A stretch of DNA of 64,000 nucleotides. Source: an uncultured Bdellovibrio sp. (GTDB lineage: Bacteria > Bdellovibrionota > Bdellovibrionia > Bdellovibrionales > Bdellovibrionaceae). The stretch is from positions 5,299 through 69,298 of the forward strand of contig CAZXZW010000002.1 of the NCBI GenBank assembly GCA_964645745.1, in the 5' to 3' direction. Positions 47,463 to 56,708 of the stretch are shown piece by piece. The position numbers and the translations under genes were made by a program. How positions within the stretch are numbered: the first letter of the stretch is position 1; every line of letters begins with the position of its first letter. The notes under the pieces were generated by a model, which was given only the letters and a program-made list of their open reading frames with translations, ran no database searches and had not been told where the DNA came from.

Positions 47463-48312
47463 TATAAACTTGAGATACCGGATAGGCTTGTAAATTTAGT
47501 TTTACGAGCCTTTTTTTGTTCAATGATCCGCCCGCATATTTACGCTTCATTTTAGCTAAGAAAATTTCTACCTCTTGTTTAAGTTCTTCAGTCGCATCTT
47601 CATTTACACTAAAATAAATACTTCTAAAATGGCGAAATGCTTGATTGCCAGCTAATACTTGGCTGGCTTCTTTTAAACTTTGCTGATGAAATTCAACAAT
47701 CGATTTGTCTTTCGGTCTTCCTGGGATACGGAAAGATTTTGAATTAGAAACCCATCTTTTTTTAGACCCCGAGTAAGTTTCAGATTTAATCATGCCCATT
47801 GTTTCTAATGTTTTTAAAGCTTTCTTTAAATCAGTCGTTTTGACGTCGATTAGTTTTTTTAGATTAGCTTCGGTTGAAACCATGTCTTCAAATGAAATCA
47901 ATAAAAACAGCATAGATAAGTAAGGTGAAGATAAAAACTTTTCATATTCTTTAATTTCAATTAAATCTGGCTCTGCTTCAGTAAATTCTAACATTTTTTC
48001 GACGTAGATCTTTTTTTGAGAAGGTGTTTTCGCATTACTGTGTTGAACCAATAAAGAGAAGTATTCTTCCTGCTCCGGTGTAAAACCTAATTTTGCAGAT
48101 AGAATTTGGGCCACTCTAGGTGTAACATTGCGCTCGCCATTAGAAAGCATTCTCATGAATGAGCGACTTTTAAAGCCCAGTTCAGCGCCCCAAATATCAT
48201 AAGAGAAATTTTTTTCCATTGATTTGCGGTAAGTAAAGTAATCGCTAAGATACTGTTTAAGTTGGGTGCAGTTCTGAACAAAGGGAGGCTTTAAATTTTT
48301 AGTCTTATTCAT
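47455..48312 (-). CDS. TIGR02147/DUF4423-family putative regulator
   Basis: The N-terminal pattern LKQYLSDYFTYRKSMEKNFSYDIWGAELGFKSRSFMRMLSNGERNVT ... EEYFSLLV matches the family expanded in Fibrobacter and Bdellovibrio. Confidence 0.7.
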   Translation of the reverse strand: MNKTKNLKPPFVQNCTQLKQYLSDYFTYRKSMEKNFSYDIWGAELGFKSRSFMRMLSNGERNVTPRVAQILSAKLGFTPEQEEYFSLLVQHSNAKTPSQKKIYVEKMLEFTEAEPDLIEIKEYEKFLSSPYLSMLFLLISFEDMVSTEANLKKLIDVKTTDLKKALKTLETMGMIKSETYSGSKKRWVSNSKSFRIPGRPKDKSIVEFHQQSLKEASQVLAGNQAFRHFRSIYFSVNEDATEELKQEVEIFLAKMKRKYAGGSLNKKRLVKLNLQAYPVSQVYTK

Positions 48313-48471
48313 ATATTTTGATTATCATTGGCCACAGATTTGTGCCATAGAGTTTTTAACTGAATTTTCGGTTAAATTAACCGAACCCTCTAGTGTCACT
48401 TTATCAAAAGAACTATGGCCCGACCTTTGCTTTACCTTGTTTTCGTAAAACAAACAACCAAAGGAATCCCT

Positions 48472-48756
48472 ATGAAAAAATTAGTCTTAGTTTCACTATT
48501 ATTTGCAAGCGCAGCTTATGCTGAAGTCTTTTTTTATCCATCAATTAATTTTGTTAGTATTAAAAATACACCTGAAAACGCTCAGGCTGTTTGCAGCATG
48601 AACGGTTACACGTACGCAGAATACAGTGATTACACTTACGCTAATGAACATGAAGAAATGGTTGATAGCATCAATGCTGATGAATCAGTGAATACAACTC
48701 ACTGTATTTTAAAAGCAGAAAATTGCGAAATTATCCAAGCCATTAGCTGTAAATAG
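48472..48756 (+). CDS. Small secreted Cys-containing hypothetical protein (94 aa)
   Basis: AAAGGA RBS, signal peptide MKKLVLVSLLFASAAYA, 4 Cys. Start set at the internal Met. Confidence 0.5.
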   Translation: MKKLVLVSLLFASAAYAEVFFYPSINFVSIKNTPENAQAVCSMNGYTYAEYSDYTYANEHEEMVDSINADESVNTTHCILKAENCEIIQAISCK

Positions 48757-48780
48757 CTATGGCGAGCGTGCTGGGAATTA

Positions 48781-48900
48781 CCTTCGTCGCTTTATAAAAC
48801 CATTTCGTGGATGTTAAAGAAAAGCTTCATCGTTATTAATCTCTTTACGTAATGCTGATCTGTATTTATCGCGGATCGCATTTTTTTTTGCTGCTGACAT
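48781..48900 (-). pseudogene. Internally deleted remnant of a PilZ-like gene paralog
   Basis: It retains the start codon and reads MSAAKKNAIRDKYRSALRKEINNDEAFL then stop, against MSAAKKQNAMRDKYRSALRKEINKDEAKL in the intact copy. A second fragment, ccatttcgtggatgttaaagaaaa, matches 46430-46453. Confidence 0.75.
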
Positions 48901-49022
48901 ATTTCATGCCTTTCATCTAAGTATCGTTACCTAATTTCTTGGCAAGCCACAGACCAAAGTAAAGTGTTTAGTAGAATAAAAATATTTTTCCTTATAAAAA
49001 AGATAAATTCTCATTTTGAGAC
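48781..49022. repeat. Copy B (decayed) of the direct segmental repeat
   Basis: Same order and orientation as 46278-46827. The upstream/promoter part 48901-49022 aligns with 46706-46827. Confidence 0.8.
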
Positions 49023-49121
49023 ATTAGATTTTCTTGGAAATTCCAAAAATGAGTAAACAGCTGCATAGTTTAAAATATTTGACTATTGTTCAACTGACTG
49101 TTTACAATTGATTGAAATTAA

Positions 49122-49610
49122 ATGACAAAAAAATTAAGTTATATTCTTATCGTTCTTTTTATTTTTTTTAAAATTCCTGAAATATATAAAAATTTTAAAT
49201 TGCAAAATACTATTTCAAAAACAACTTCTTTAAGACGTTTATCAGGTGAAGAAATTAGTTTTCCAATCGAAAATCAAAAAATGATCATCGTATTCTGGGA
49301 CTCCGACTGTGAGACCTGTAAAATTGAACTGAATCGATTCAATAAATTAATGGCTCAAGGCCAAATTAAATCTAATGAACTGCTCGCGATCAACATGAGT
49401 GAGTCACAAGAAATTGTTAATAATTTCCTTAATAAAAATTCCTATCAATTTTTAATTGCATTAGACGAATCAGGATCTGCAGCCAATTCGTTTGAAGTGA
49501 CTCAAACTCCGACAGTTATCTTTTTAGATGAAAAAGCTAAAATACATTGGATGACATCAGGAATCAGTCCCACTTTAGAGAATAGAGTGAATCAATTTTT
49601 GAAAAATTAA
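49122..49610 (+). CDS. Thioredoxin-fold thiol:disulfide oxidoreductase (TlpA/redoxin-like), membrane anchored
   Basis: N-terminal TM segment, FWDSDCETCK (CxxC), and a QTPTVIF cis-Pro loop. Confidence 0.7.
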   Translation: MTKKLSYILIVLFIFFKIPEIYKNFKLQNTISKTTSLRRLSGEEISFPIENQKMIIVFWDSDCETCKIELNRFNKLMAQGQIKSNELLAINMSESQEIVNNFLNKNSYQFLIALDESGSAANSFEVTQTPTVIFLDEKAKIHWMTSGISPTLENRVNQFLKN

Positions 49611-49630
49611 TATCCTCAATTTGAAAATAA

Positions 49631-51730
49631 TTATGGACCTGATTCTATCGAATTATAGATCACATTTGTATTTGACATAAACTTAAAATCGGCTTTGACT
49701 TGTGCTGCTGATTGAACAGAATTAAAGATGCGAACCTCGTCTATTAAACCATTATAATTTAAGGCGTTAATCATTCGGCCTAACGATGAAAATGTTAAAG
49801 TTTTATTTCCTGTTTCCGATGTAGCGGACCCACTTTGTACACCATTTATATAAAATACAGCAGCTCCGGATGTAGCATTTCGAGTCATCGTTACGTGTCT
49901 CCAAGCATTATTATTCACGACAAAACTTGATTTTGCATTAGCACCGTTTCCTGCTGTTATTCCTATTAAACCAGTATTGTCGATCCAACCAAAAAAGATA
50001 TCGTTACCTCCTCCGCCTTGCTCAATACCAGTAAGTCCCGGAGACGCCCAAGAGCTGCCTGCTCCTGTTTGTGATGTGCGCATCCAACAGGAAAATGTGC
50101 TCGATGCCCCAAGTACTGGAGCTAAATCAACACTAATGTTGATGTAATCAGTGGCTCCATTTAAATCAGAAGCATCACCAATTTGGCCTGTCGTCCGTGT
50201 TGGCGAATTTGTGGCGGTCCCATTTCGTGCGTTTCCTGTTGAGTCAATAAATTGCGGAGCACTTCCAGCAGGATCTTCTCCTAAATGCCAGACAGCCCAG
50301 TAGTTCGTCCAAACACCACTTCTGTTTTGCGCATCCGTAGCGGTTGGATTTTTATAATACAAATAAAAATATCCTGCAGATGATGAGGCTGCGATCGAAG
50401 GAATTTGAACCCAAATTTCTGAAGTTCCATTATAGTTCCATTTATCGAATTCATAATTAAGTGATGTCGTATCATCTGAAGCTACCAAGCGAATATCAGC
50501 TCCGTTGGCTTGGATATCAGAATAGTTGACAATAGAAGTAGTCAATTTAACCAAGATGGGTTGATTGGTGAAAGACGTAGCTTGATCGGCATTATTAATA
50601 TCGATACGAATCCGACGAGTCCATGAGGCATTCCACCAAGTTAACGAGGAATTAAAATTAACGGACTTAGATGATAAAGTCAGAATAGCAGCGGCATCTG
50701 TTCCTGTTAAGGTCGCCGTTTGAATAGTAGCATTGTTAGTATAAATCGTTCTTGAACTTGTTCCTGATAAAATAGTTGTTGAAGTGATTGAAGTCGAACA
50801 CCCAGAATCAGAATAATAAACATTTGATCCTGTCGTTGTTAAATTAACTGTTACTGTTGTACCTGCATTTGATTGATAATTATTTGCATCCATCGTGTAG
50901 ACTGTAAAAGCAGTACAGGTATTAGTTTTTATAGTGGGTGCAGGATTAACAAATAATTTAGTGGGTGCTGCCGTAATCGTTACATTTTGGGACGCAGAAG
51001 TTAATCCTGTAGCTGTTGCGACTATTATTCCTGTTTGACCTGATGTGGTATTTTTAAAATAAATTGTAATTGAATTTGTGCCTGCCGCAATCGAAGAAGT
51101 TGTGATTGTAGTTGTGCATCCAGAATTAGAATAATATGTTCCTGCTGTTCCGCTGTTAAATAACAACGAAGTAATCGCCGTAGCTGAAGCTGTTGTAACA
51201 GGATTACCTGCTCCATCCTGTCGTTGAATAGTCACCGCATTACAATCGTTAATTTTCATGTAACTTGGAGTCGTTACCCATGCTAATTGAGTTGCTGTAT
51301 TAACAAAAGTGGCCGTGACAGGGCGACTGGCCGTAGTTGCCAATTTTGCTACATAGGAAATTTGTAGTGTACTGGCAATTGTCCCTATTGATGCACTGTT
51401 AGCTGTTACAACAACCGTGCAAGAACTAAGAGCCGCCAGAGTTGTGCTGCATGTACCACCAGTTCCTGGGTATGATCCACCTTTAAAAGTATAAGCAGCA
51501 TTTGAAAAAGCAAGCCCCGCTATTGAAGAAGCTGGGGCTGATCCAGAATTAGAAACGGTAAATGTCTTATCTACATTGGTACTGACAGTAATAGATCCGA
51601 AATTGTAAGTCGTAGCATCTGATATGACCAAAAGTGCAGAGGCTCCACTCCAAAAAGAAAATGGAATAAAAACCTGAGTCAGCGCGGATAAAGATATCAG
51701 TAATACACTTGTTAAAATAACTTTAAACAT
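49631..51730 (-). CDS. Large secreted protein: Ig-like repeats, DUF2341 and a LamG/concanavalin-A-like domain
   Basis: Signal peptide, Thr/Ser-rich Ig-like repeats (two similar SGC(T/S)T.IT. blocks), WWNASWTRRIRIDINN ... GADIRLV (DUF2341-like), and a C-terminal LamG-like GLIDEVRIFNSVQSAAQV. Confidence 0.7.
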   Translation of the reverse strand: MFKVILTSVLLISLSALTQVFIPFSFWSGASALLVISDATTYNFGSITVSTNVDKTFTVSNSGSAPASSIAGLAFSNAAYTFKGGSYPGTGGTCSTTLAALSSCTVVVTANSASIGTIASTLQISYVAKLATTASRPVTATFVNTATQLAWVTTPSYMKINDCNAVTIQRQDGAGNPVTTASATAITSLLFNSGTAGTYYSNSGCTTTITTSSIAAGTNSITIYFKNTTSGQTGIIVATATGLTSASQNVTITAAPTKLFVNPAPTIKTNTCTAFTVYTMDANNYQSNAGTTVTVNLTTTGSNVYYSDSGCSTSITSTTILSGTSSRTIYTNNATIQTATLTGTDAAAILTLSSKSVNFNSSLTWWNASWTRRIRIDINNADQATSFTNQPILVKLTTSIVNYSDIQANGADIRLVASDDTTSLNYEFDKWNYNGTSEIWVQIPSIAASSSAGYFYLYYKNPTATDAQNRSGVWTNYWAVWHLGEDPAGSAPQFIDSTGNARNGTATNSPTRTTGQIGDASDLNGATDYINISVDLAPVLGASSTFSCWMRTSQTGAGSSWASPGLTGIEQGGGGNDIFFGWIDNTGLIGITAGNGANAKSSFVVNNNAWRHVTMTRNATSGAAVFYINGVQSGSATSETGNKTLTFSSLGRMINALNYNGLIDEVRIFNSVQSAAQVKADFKFMSNTNVIYNSIESGP

Positions 51731-51801
51731 TTTATATTTTATTAGATATTAAAAGAGGCTTAAAACACAAGCCAATTCATACTAAAACAGTAAGAACTTA
51801 G

Positions 51802-52413
51802 TTATTTCAATCTATTGCCTAATATAGCTATGGCGAGCGTGCAGGGAATAGTATTGAGTGTTTCATTCGACGCTATTCCTTTGTAAGTTGTGCCATTTTT
51901 ATCCGTGGCTTTGAAAGACCACGTTTGATTCGTTAATTGTTCCCATTCGTTCAATTGAAAATCGCTCACGAGATAAACTGTCTTTTTAGCTGCTCCGGCT
52001 AGTTTGACTAAAGCTTCTTTAGCTGACCATAGAAATTTAAAATCAGGACAAGCTTTGATTTCATCGTCTTTACAAATACGCGACACCGTTTCTAAAGCTA
52101 AACGACTGACTTCTTCCAAATCAAAACCAACGCGTTGATCGCAAGCTACGTAACCACCGATCGATTTCGTGTGCGATATTGAAAAAAATAAATTTTCCCC
52201 TACCGGTAGTGAGACTAAATCTAAAATCGCTTTCTTTTCCCATGTGGATAACAGTGGGGAATAAGTTTGAACGATGTGTTTTCGAATATTTTCACGGTGG
52301 CCACCAGATATAGAGCCAAATTTAGAATCAAGATGAATTTCTAAAAATTTAATTTTTAATTGAACTTTGATCTGATCTACAAAAGAAGATAGATCAACCA
52401 TATTAGCCCTCAA
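51802..52413 (-). CDS. 4'-phosphopantetheinyl transferase
   Basis: FSISHTKSIGGYVA, GFDLEE and WSAKEALVKL motifs. Confidence 0.75.
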   Translation of the reverse strand: MRANMVDLSSFVDQIKVQLKIKFLEIHLDSKFGSISGGHRENIRKHIVQTYSPLLSTWEKKAILDLVSLPVGENLFFSISHTKSIGGYVACDQRVGFDLEEVSRLALETVSRICKDDEIKACPDFKFLWSAKEALVKLAGAAKKTVYLVSDFQLNEWEQLTNQTWSFKATDKNGTTYKGIASNETLNTIPCTLAIAILGNRLK

Positions 52414-53365
52414 ACTTTGAAGGCCATGTAACTGGCTGTTTGCTGGTGATTTTCATCATTCGATCTAAAGATGTGAACGCTTTTAAACGTAAATCTTCAG
52501 GCACAGTCACTTCCGGTTTGAAAGTTTTAAGAGCGTGATAGATTTTTTCAACGCTATTCATTTTCATAAATGGACAATCATTGCATTTACAATTTTCATC
52601 CACAACTGGAGCCTGAATCAATTCAGCGTCAGGACGGCGTTTTTGCATTTCATGGAAAATTCCCGTTTCAGTAGCCACGATAAACTTTTTATATTTCTTA
52701 TTCGTTTCAACTTCGCTCAATAGTTTCGAAGTCGCACCAATCACCTGAGCATGTTTTAAGATTTCATCATCACATTCAGGATGAGCAATCACTAAAGCAT
52801 CTGAATGCTGAGCAATTAATTCTTGTAAACGAGTGGCATTAAATAAAATGTGAACCTGACAAGCTCCAGGCCAGAAGATCATTTCACGGCCAGTTTTTTT
52901 GCTGAGCCATTTTCCTAAGTGCTGATCGGGACCAAAAAGAATACGACGATCTTTGGGAATGCTATCTAAAATCTCGGCCGCATTACTTGAAGTGATAATC
53001 ACATCAGAAATTGATTTTACTTCGGCGCTAGAATTGATGTAGGTCATACAAAGCGCATCAGGGTACTGACGACGCCAAGCTAAGTATTTATCGTAAGGAG
53101 CGCCTTCTACTAAAGAACAAGACGCTTCTAATTCAGGAACCAGAACTGTTTTTTCAGGATTTAAAATTTTCACAGATTCACCCATGAAAACCACGCCCGC
53201 TAAAAGAATATTTTTCTGCGGAACTTGTTGACCCATTTTAGCTAAATAGAAACTGTCTCCGACATAATCGGCTAGATCTTGAATCGCTGCTTCGGCGTAG
53301 TAATGCCCTAGGATGGCGACGTCTTTCTCTTGTTTGAGTTTCTTAATTTCCGCTAAATAGTCCAT
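52403..53365 (-). CDS. nadA: Quinolinate synthase
   Basis: ILGHYY, VGDS, YINSSAEVK, HPEC, ATETG. Cluster Cys residues are present. Confidence 0.93.
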   Translation of the reverse strand: MDYLAEIKKLKQEKDVAILGHYYAEAAIQDLADYVGDSFYLAKMGQQVPQKNILLAGVVFMGESVKILNPEKTVLVPELEASCSLVEGAPYDKYLAWRRQYPDALCMTYINSSAEVKSISDVIITSSNAAEILDSIPKDRRILFGPDQHLGKWLSKKTGREMIFWPGACQVHILFNATRLQELIAQHSDALVIAHPECDDEILKHAQVIGATSKLLSEVETNKKYKKFIVATETGIFHEMQKRRPDAELIQAPVVDENCKCNDCPFMKMNSVEKIYHALKTFKPEVTVPEDLRLKAFTSLDRMMKITSKQPVTWPSKFEG

Positions 53366-53389
53366 ATACGAGTAGTATATAGCACAAAA

Positions 53390-53983
53390 CTAGATAGCAG
53401 TTCCACCTTTTAGTGTGTGGATGATGGACTTCGAAATTGACTTAAAGCTTTCTAGGACGCCTTTACCTTCAAAGGCACTAGCTTCAATTTCAACTGAATT
53501 ATAACGATTTAAATGCTTACGAAGTTCCGCTACAGGTAGAGCATTCGGAAGATCACGTTTATTATATTGAAGCACTAAAGGGATATCTTTGATGTTGTAG
53601 CCCTGTTGATACAGGTTCTTTTCTAAGTTTTCGAAAGCTTGAAGATTTTCATCTAAACGATCCGCTTGCGAATCGGCTACGAAAATCACGCCATCAATCC
53701 CTTGAAGAATCAGCTTACGAGTCGCATCGTACACGATTTGTCCCGGAACGCTGTAAAGATGAAAACGCGTGTTGTAACCGCGGATATCACCCACATCTAG
53801 TGGCAAGAAATCGAATAATAAAGTTCTTTCGATTTCTGTGTTTAAAGCCACCAGTTTTGATTTTTGATCAGAAGCCAACGATTGGTACATCCACTGAATG
53901 TTCGTTGTTTTACCGCCTAATGAAGGCCCGTAATAAACGATTTTACAGTGAATTTCTTTGGCGTTGTAATTAAACAAAGACAT
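53390..53983 (-). CDS. mglA: Ras-like GTPase MglA
   Basis: Near-colinear match to my recollection of Myxococcus MglA (NY..KEI.CKIVYYGP.L.GKTTN, LFDFLPL, RFHLY.VPGQ, FVADSQ, QYNKRDLPNA). The P-loop reads GPSLGGKT. Confidence 0.92.
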   Translation of the reverse strand: MSLFNYNAKEIHCKIVYYGPSLGGKTTNIQWMYQSLASDQKSKLVALNTEIERTLLFDFLPLDVGDIRGYNTRFHLYSVPGQIVYDATRKLILQGIDGVIFVADSQADRLDENLQAFENLEKNLYQQGYNIKDIPLVLQYNKRDLPNALPVAELRKHLNRYNSVEIEASAFEGKGVLESFKSISKSIIHTLKGGTAI

Positions 53984-54595
53984 TTATAGTTGTACCCGAT
54001 TTTCTAAAGCGCGACCCATCGTGCGGTCGTCGATAAAATCAATATCAGATCCCATCGGAATACCGTGAGCGATACGAGAGATACGAACATTTTTACTTTG
54101 GAAAAGTTTAGCTAAGTAAAGAGCTGTCGTATCGCCTTCAAGATCTGCGTCTAAAGCTAAGATGATTTCAGTGATCGGTTTTCCGTTTTCGTTAGAAGCA
54201 TCTACACGGTTGATCAGTTCTTGAATTTTTAAATGTTTCGCTGAAATACCATCTAACGGAGAGATCACACCATGAAGAACATGGTATTTTCCGTGGAAGG
54301 CCCCAGACGATTCGATACGAGAGATATCAGAAGGTTCCTCAACAACGCATAAACTTTCCGTTTGACGGTGAGGATCTTCACAGAATTTGCAAAGGTCACG
54401 GTCCGTGTAACTGAAACATTCAGGGCACGTGTGAACTTCGGCTTTAACACGCATTAACGCTTCAGAGAGTTTATCTGAATAGGCATCTTTTGAACGTAAA
54501 ATATAATACGCCAAACGTTGAGCCGTCTTCGGACCGATGCCCGGAAGACGATTCAATTCATGCACTAATTTTTCTAATGAAGCGATATGTAACAT
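53984..54595 (-). CDS. recR: Recombination protein RecR
   Basis: LPGIGPKTAQRLA helix-hairpin-helix, C4 zinc finger (CPECFSYT ... CKFC), Toprim domain. Confidence 0.95.
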   Translation of the reverse strand: MLHIASLEKLVHELNRLPGIGPKTAQRLAYYILRSKDAYSDKLSEALMRVKAEVHTCPECFSYTDRDLCKFCEDPHRQTESLCVVEEPSDISRIESSGAFHGKYHVLHGVISPLDGISAKHLKIQELINRVDASNENGKPITEIILALDADLEGDTTALYLAKLFQSKNVRISRIAHGIPMGSDIDFIDDRTMGRALENRVQL

Positions 54596-54600
54596 CGGGT

Positions 54601-54927
54601 TTAGAACATTCCTGGAATATTCATTCCGCCAGTGATTTTAGACATTTCTTTAGATGTTTCATCTTTAGCTGTTTTGTTAGCGTCATTTACGGCTGCTAAA
54701 ACTAAATCTTGTAACATTTCTACGTCACCAGATTTAACAACTTCAGGATTGATCGTTAAAGATAAAATTTTATTTTCGCCATTTACTTTAGCTGTTACAG
54801 CTCCGCCACCAGCAGTTCCTGTAAATTCTTTTTGTGCTAAATCTTCTTGAGCCTTTTTCATTTTCATTTGCATTTGATTAGCTTGCTTCATCAAATTGGC
54901 CATTCCGCCGCCGCCGAAACCTTTCAT
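54601..54927 (-). CDS. ybaB: Nucleoid-associated protein YbaB/EbfC
   Basis: 108 aa, MANLMKQANQMQMKMKKAQEDL ... GGGAVTAKVNG ... conserved dnaX-ybaB-recR order. Confidence 0.93.
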   Translation of the reverse strand: MKGFGGGGMANLMKQANQMQMKMKKAQEDLAQKEFTGTAGGGAVTAKVNGENKILSLTINPEVVKSGDVEMLQDLVLAAVNDANKTAKDETSKEMSKITGGMNIPGMF

Positions 54928-54947
54928 GTGAACTCCTTGAACGTCGT

Positions 54948-56681
54948 CTAATCTGCTTTGTTGACGACTTTAATTGTACCGTTAAATATTTCCTGGGCTT
55001 TTTTGATTCGTGGATCTTGAGCCCATGAATCTTTTAATTTTTCTTCGGCTTGAATTTCTTTTTTAGCTGCAATATTCAAAGCCGAATCACCCGTCGAAGC
55101 TTTTGTCTTCTGTATCTCAAAATTGTAGCCACTGCCAAAGAAAGAATCAATACATCCTTGCAGTTTTTGTTTAGTTTCCGCCTGAGTAATTTGATCCAAC
55201 AAGAAACCGAAAACCATCGGGATTCCCAGTTGAATTGTTTTTCCGTTTAACTGCTCAAAAACTAAATTTTCAGCTTTGGCAGCTAGAATAGGTTCATTCT
55301 GTTTTAAAAATTGAATGAATTCAAACCAAGTATCCTGCGAAGGCGTCTGAGGAACATGAACCTTAACCGGTGCCGGTTTTGAAGCAACGGGTTGAACAGT
55401 TTCCATTTTTACAGGAGTTGCCTGCGCAACGGGAGCTTCTGGTGCTGAAGGAGCCGCGGGTTTTGTGAAAGTGATCGGAGCAGGTTTTTTCGCCTGCTCA
55501 ACGGCCTTTGGGGCTGGAGCTGCTCCCGCGCCTGTGGTGGGCTGACCTAATAAAGATTGTAAATCTTTAATCTGAGGAGCTTGTGACATGCGAAGAAGAG
55601 AAATTTCTAAAACTAATAAAGGTTCATGCGAACGAAGCACATCGTTCATTGATTTAAAGCACATATCAAACAACATGTGTAAGTCCGTTAAACTTAACGG
55701 CTGAATCAAATCAGTTAAGATTGTGATTTCATCTGTCGGCAAATCAATTTGAACATTCGACACACCCTCAGCTGAAGCCGAACGTAATAAAATCGAATGA
55801 CGGAATAAACGAAGTAAATCATCTAAGAATAAAGATCCGTTCACCGAAGCTTCGCCTAAACGTTTTAATAAAGCTAACATCGCTTTATCATCACGGTGGA
55901 TAAGACATTGGAAGGCTTCGAACACTAAAGCACGATCTGTTAATCCTAAGATTTCAGAAACAGTGGCATCGGTGATCGCGTTACCTTGAAGAGCGGTCGA
56001 GAAATTAATAACTTGATCCAGTAAGCTTAAAGAGTCACGGGCAGAGCCTTCACCTTGACGAGCTAGAAGCCATAAAGCTTTTTCATCGATCTTGATGTTT
56101 TCTTGATTACAGATCCATTTTAAGTGATCGGCTAATTGCTTGATTGGAATACGGCGGAAATCAAAACGCTGACAACGAGATAAAATCGTTTGTGGAATTT
56201 TTTGAATTTCAGTCGTCGCCATAATGAAGATCACGTGCGGAGGTGGTTCTTCTAACGTTTTTAACAACGCATTAAACGCACTTGATGATAACATGTGAAC
56301 TTCATCGATAATAAAGATTTTATATTTTCCCGATGACGGGCTGAACATCACGCTATCACGAAGATCACGGATGGCATCCACACCATTGTTCGAAGCTCCA
56401 TCGATTTCGATAACATCGGTTGCACGACCGGCTGTGATTTCAATACAGCTTTCGCACACACCACATGGCGTGAAATCTTTTGAGTTAGTACAACGAATAC
56501 TTTTTGCCAAGATACGTGCGGAAGATGTTTTTCCAGTTCCACGGATTCCAGTAAAAAGAAGAGCATGTGGTAAACGATTATTTTTAAGAGCGTTCATGAT
56601 GGTTTGAGAAATATGATTCTGACCGACCATTTGATCGAAAGTCTGAGATCTATATTTTCTGGCCAACACTTGATAAGACAA
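54948..56681 (-). CDS. dnaX: DNA polymerase III subunit gamma/tau
   Basis: TTG start giving (M)SYQVLARKYRSQTF. Walker A GIRGTGKTS, zinc module CGVCESC, DEVHML, SRCQRF. Confidence 0.95.
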   Translation of the reverse strand: MSYQVLARKYRSQTFDQMVGQNHISQTIMNALKNNRLPHALLFTGIRGTGKTSSARILAKSIRCTNSKDFTPCGVCESCIEITAGRATDVIEIDGASNNGVDAIRDLRDSVMFSPSSGKYKIFIIDEVHMLSSSAFNALLKTLEEPPPHVIFIMATTEIQKIPQTILSRCQRFDFRRIPIKQLADHLKWICNQENIKIDEKALWLLARQGEGSARDSLSLLDQVINFSTALQGNAITDATVSEILGLTDRALVFEAFQCLIHRDDKAMLALLKRLGEASVNGSLFLDDLLRLFRHSILLRSASAEGVSNVQIDLPTDEITILTDLIQPLSLTDLHMLFDMCFKSMNDVLRSHEPLLVLEISLLRMSQAPQIKDLQSLLGQPTTGAGAAPAPKAVEQAKKPAPITFTKPAAPSAPEAPVAQATPVKMETVQPVASKPAPVKVHVPQTPSQDTWFEFIQFLKQNEPILAAKAENLVFEQLNGKTIQLGIPMVFGFLLDQITQAETKQKLQGCIDSFFGSGYNFEIQKTKASTGDSALNIAAKKEIQAEEKLKDSWAQDPRIKKAQEIFNGTIKVVNKAD

Positions 56682-56708
56682 AATCGCCCTCGATCTGATT
56701 TAAAATAA

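Noticed and set aside
50281-51216. Minus-strand alternative-frame ORFs (50281-50475, 51025-51216) inside the 699-aa LamG protein gene.
   Set aside because: They are nested out of frame in a longer ORF that has a coherent domain architecture. Their Gln/Leu-rich translations reflect the Thr/Ser-rich repeat DNA.
55470-55500. Possible dnaX programmed -1 frameshift site: an A-run (GCG AAA AAA CCT) at about codon 397, embedded in the inverted repeat gagcagg/cctgctc.
   Set aside because: The heptamer is A AAA AAC rather than A AAA AAG, and the A-run lies in the loop rather than upstream of a hairpin. By my reading the -1 frame stays open for about 45 codons instead of stopping at once. This is not convincing without experimental data.
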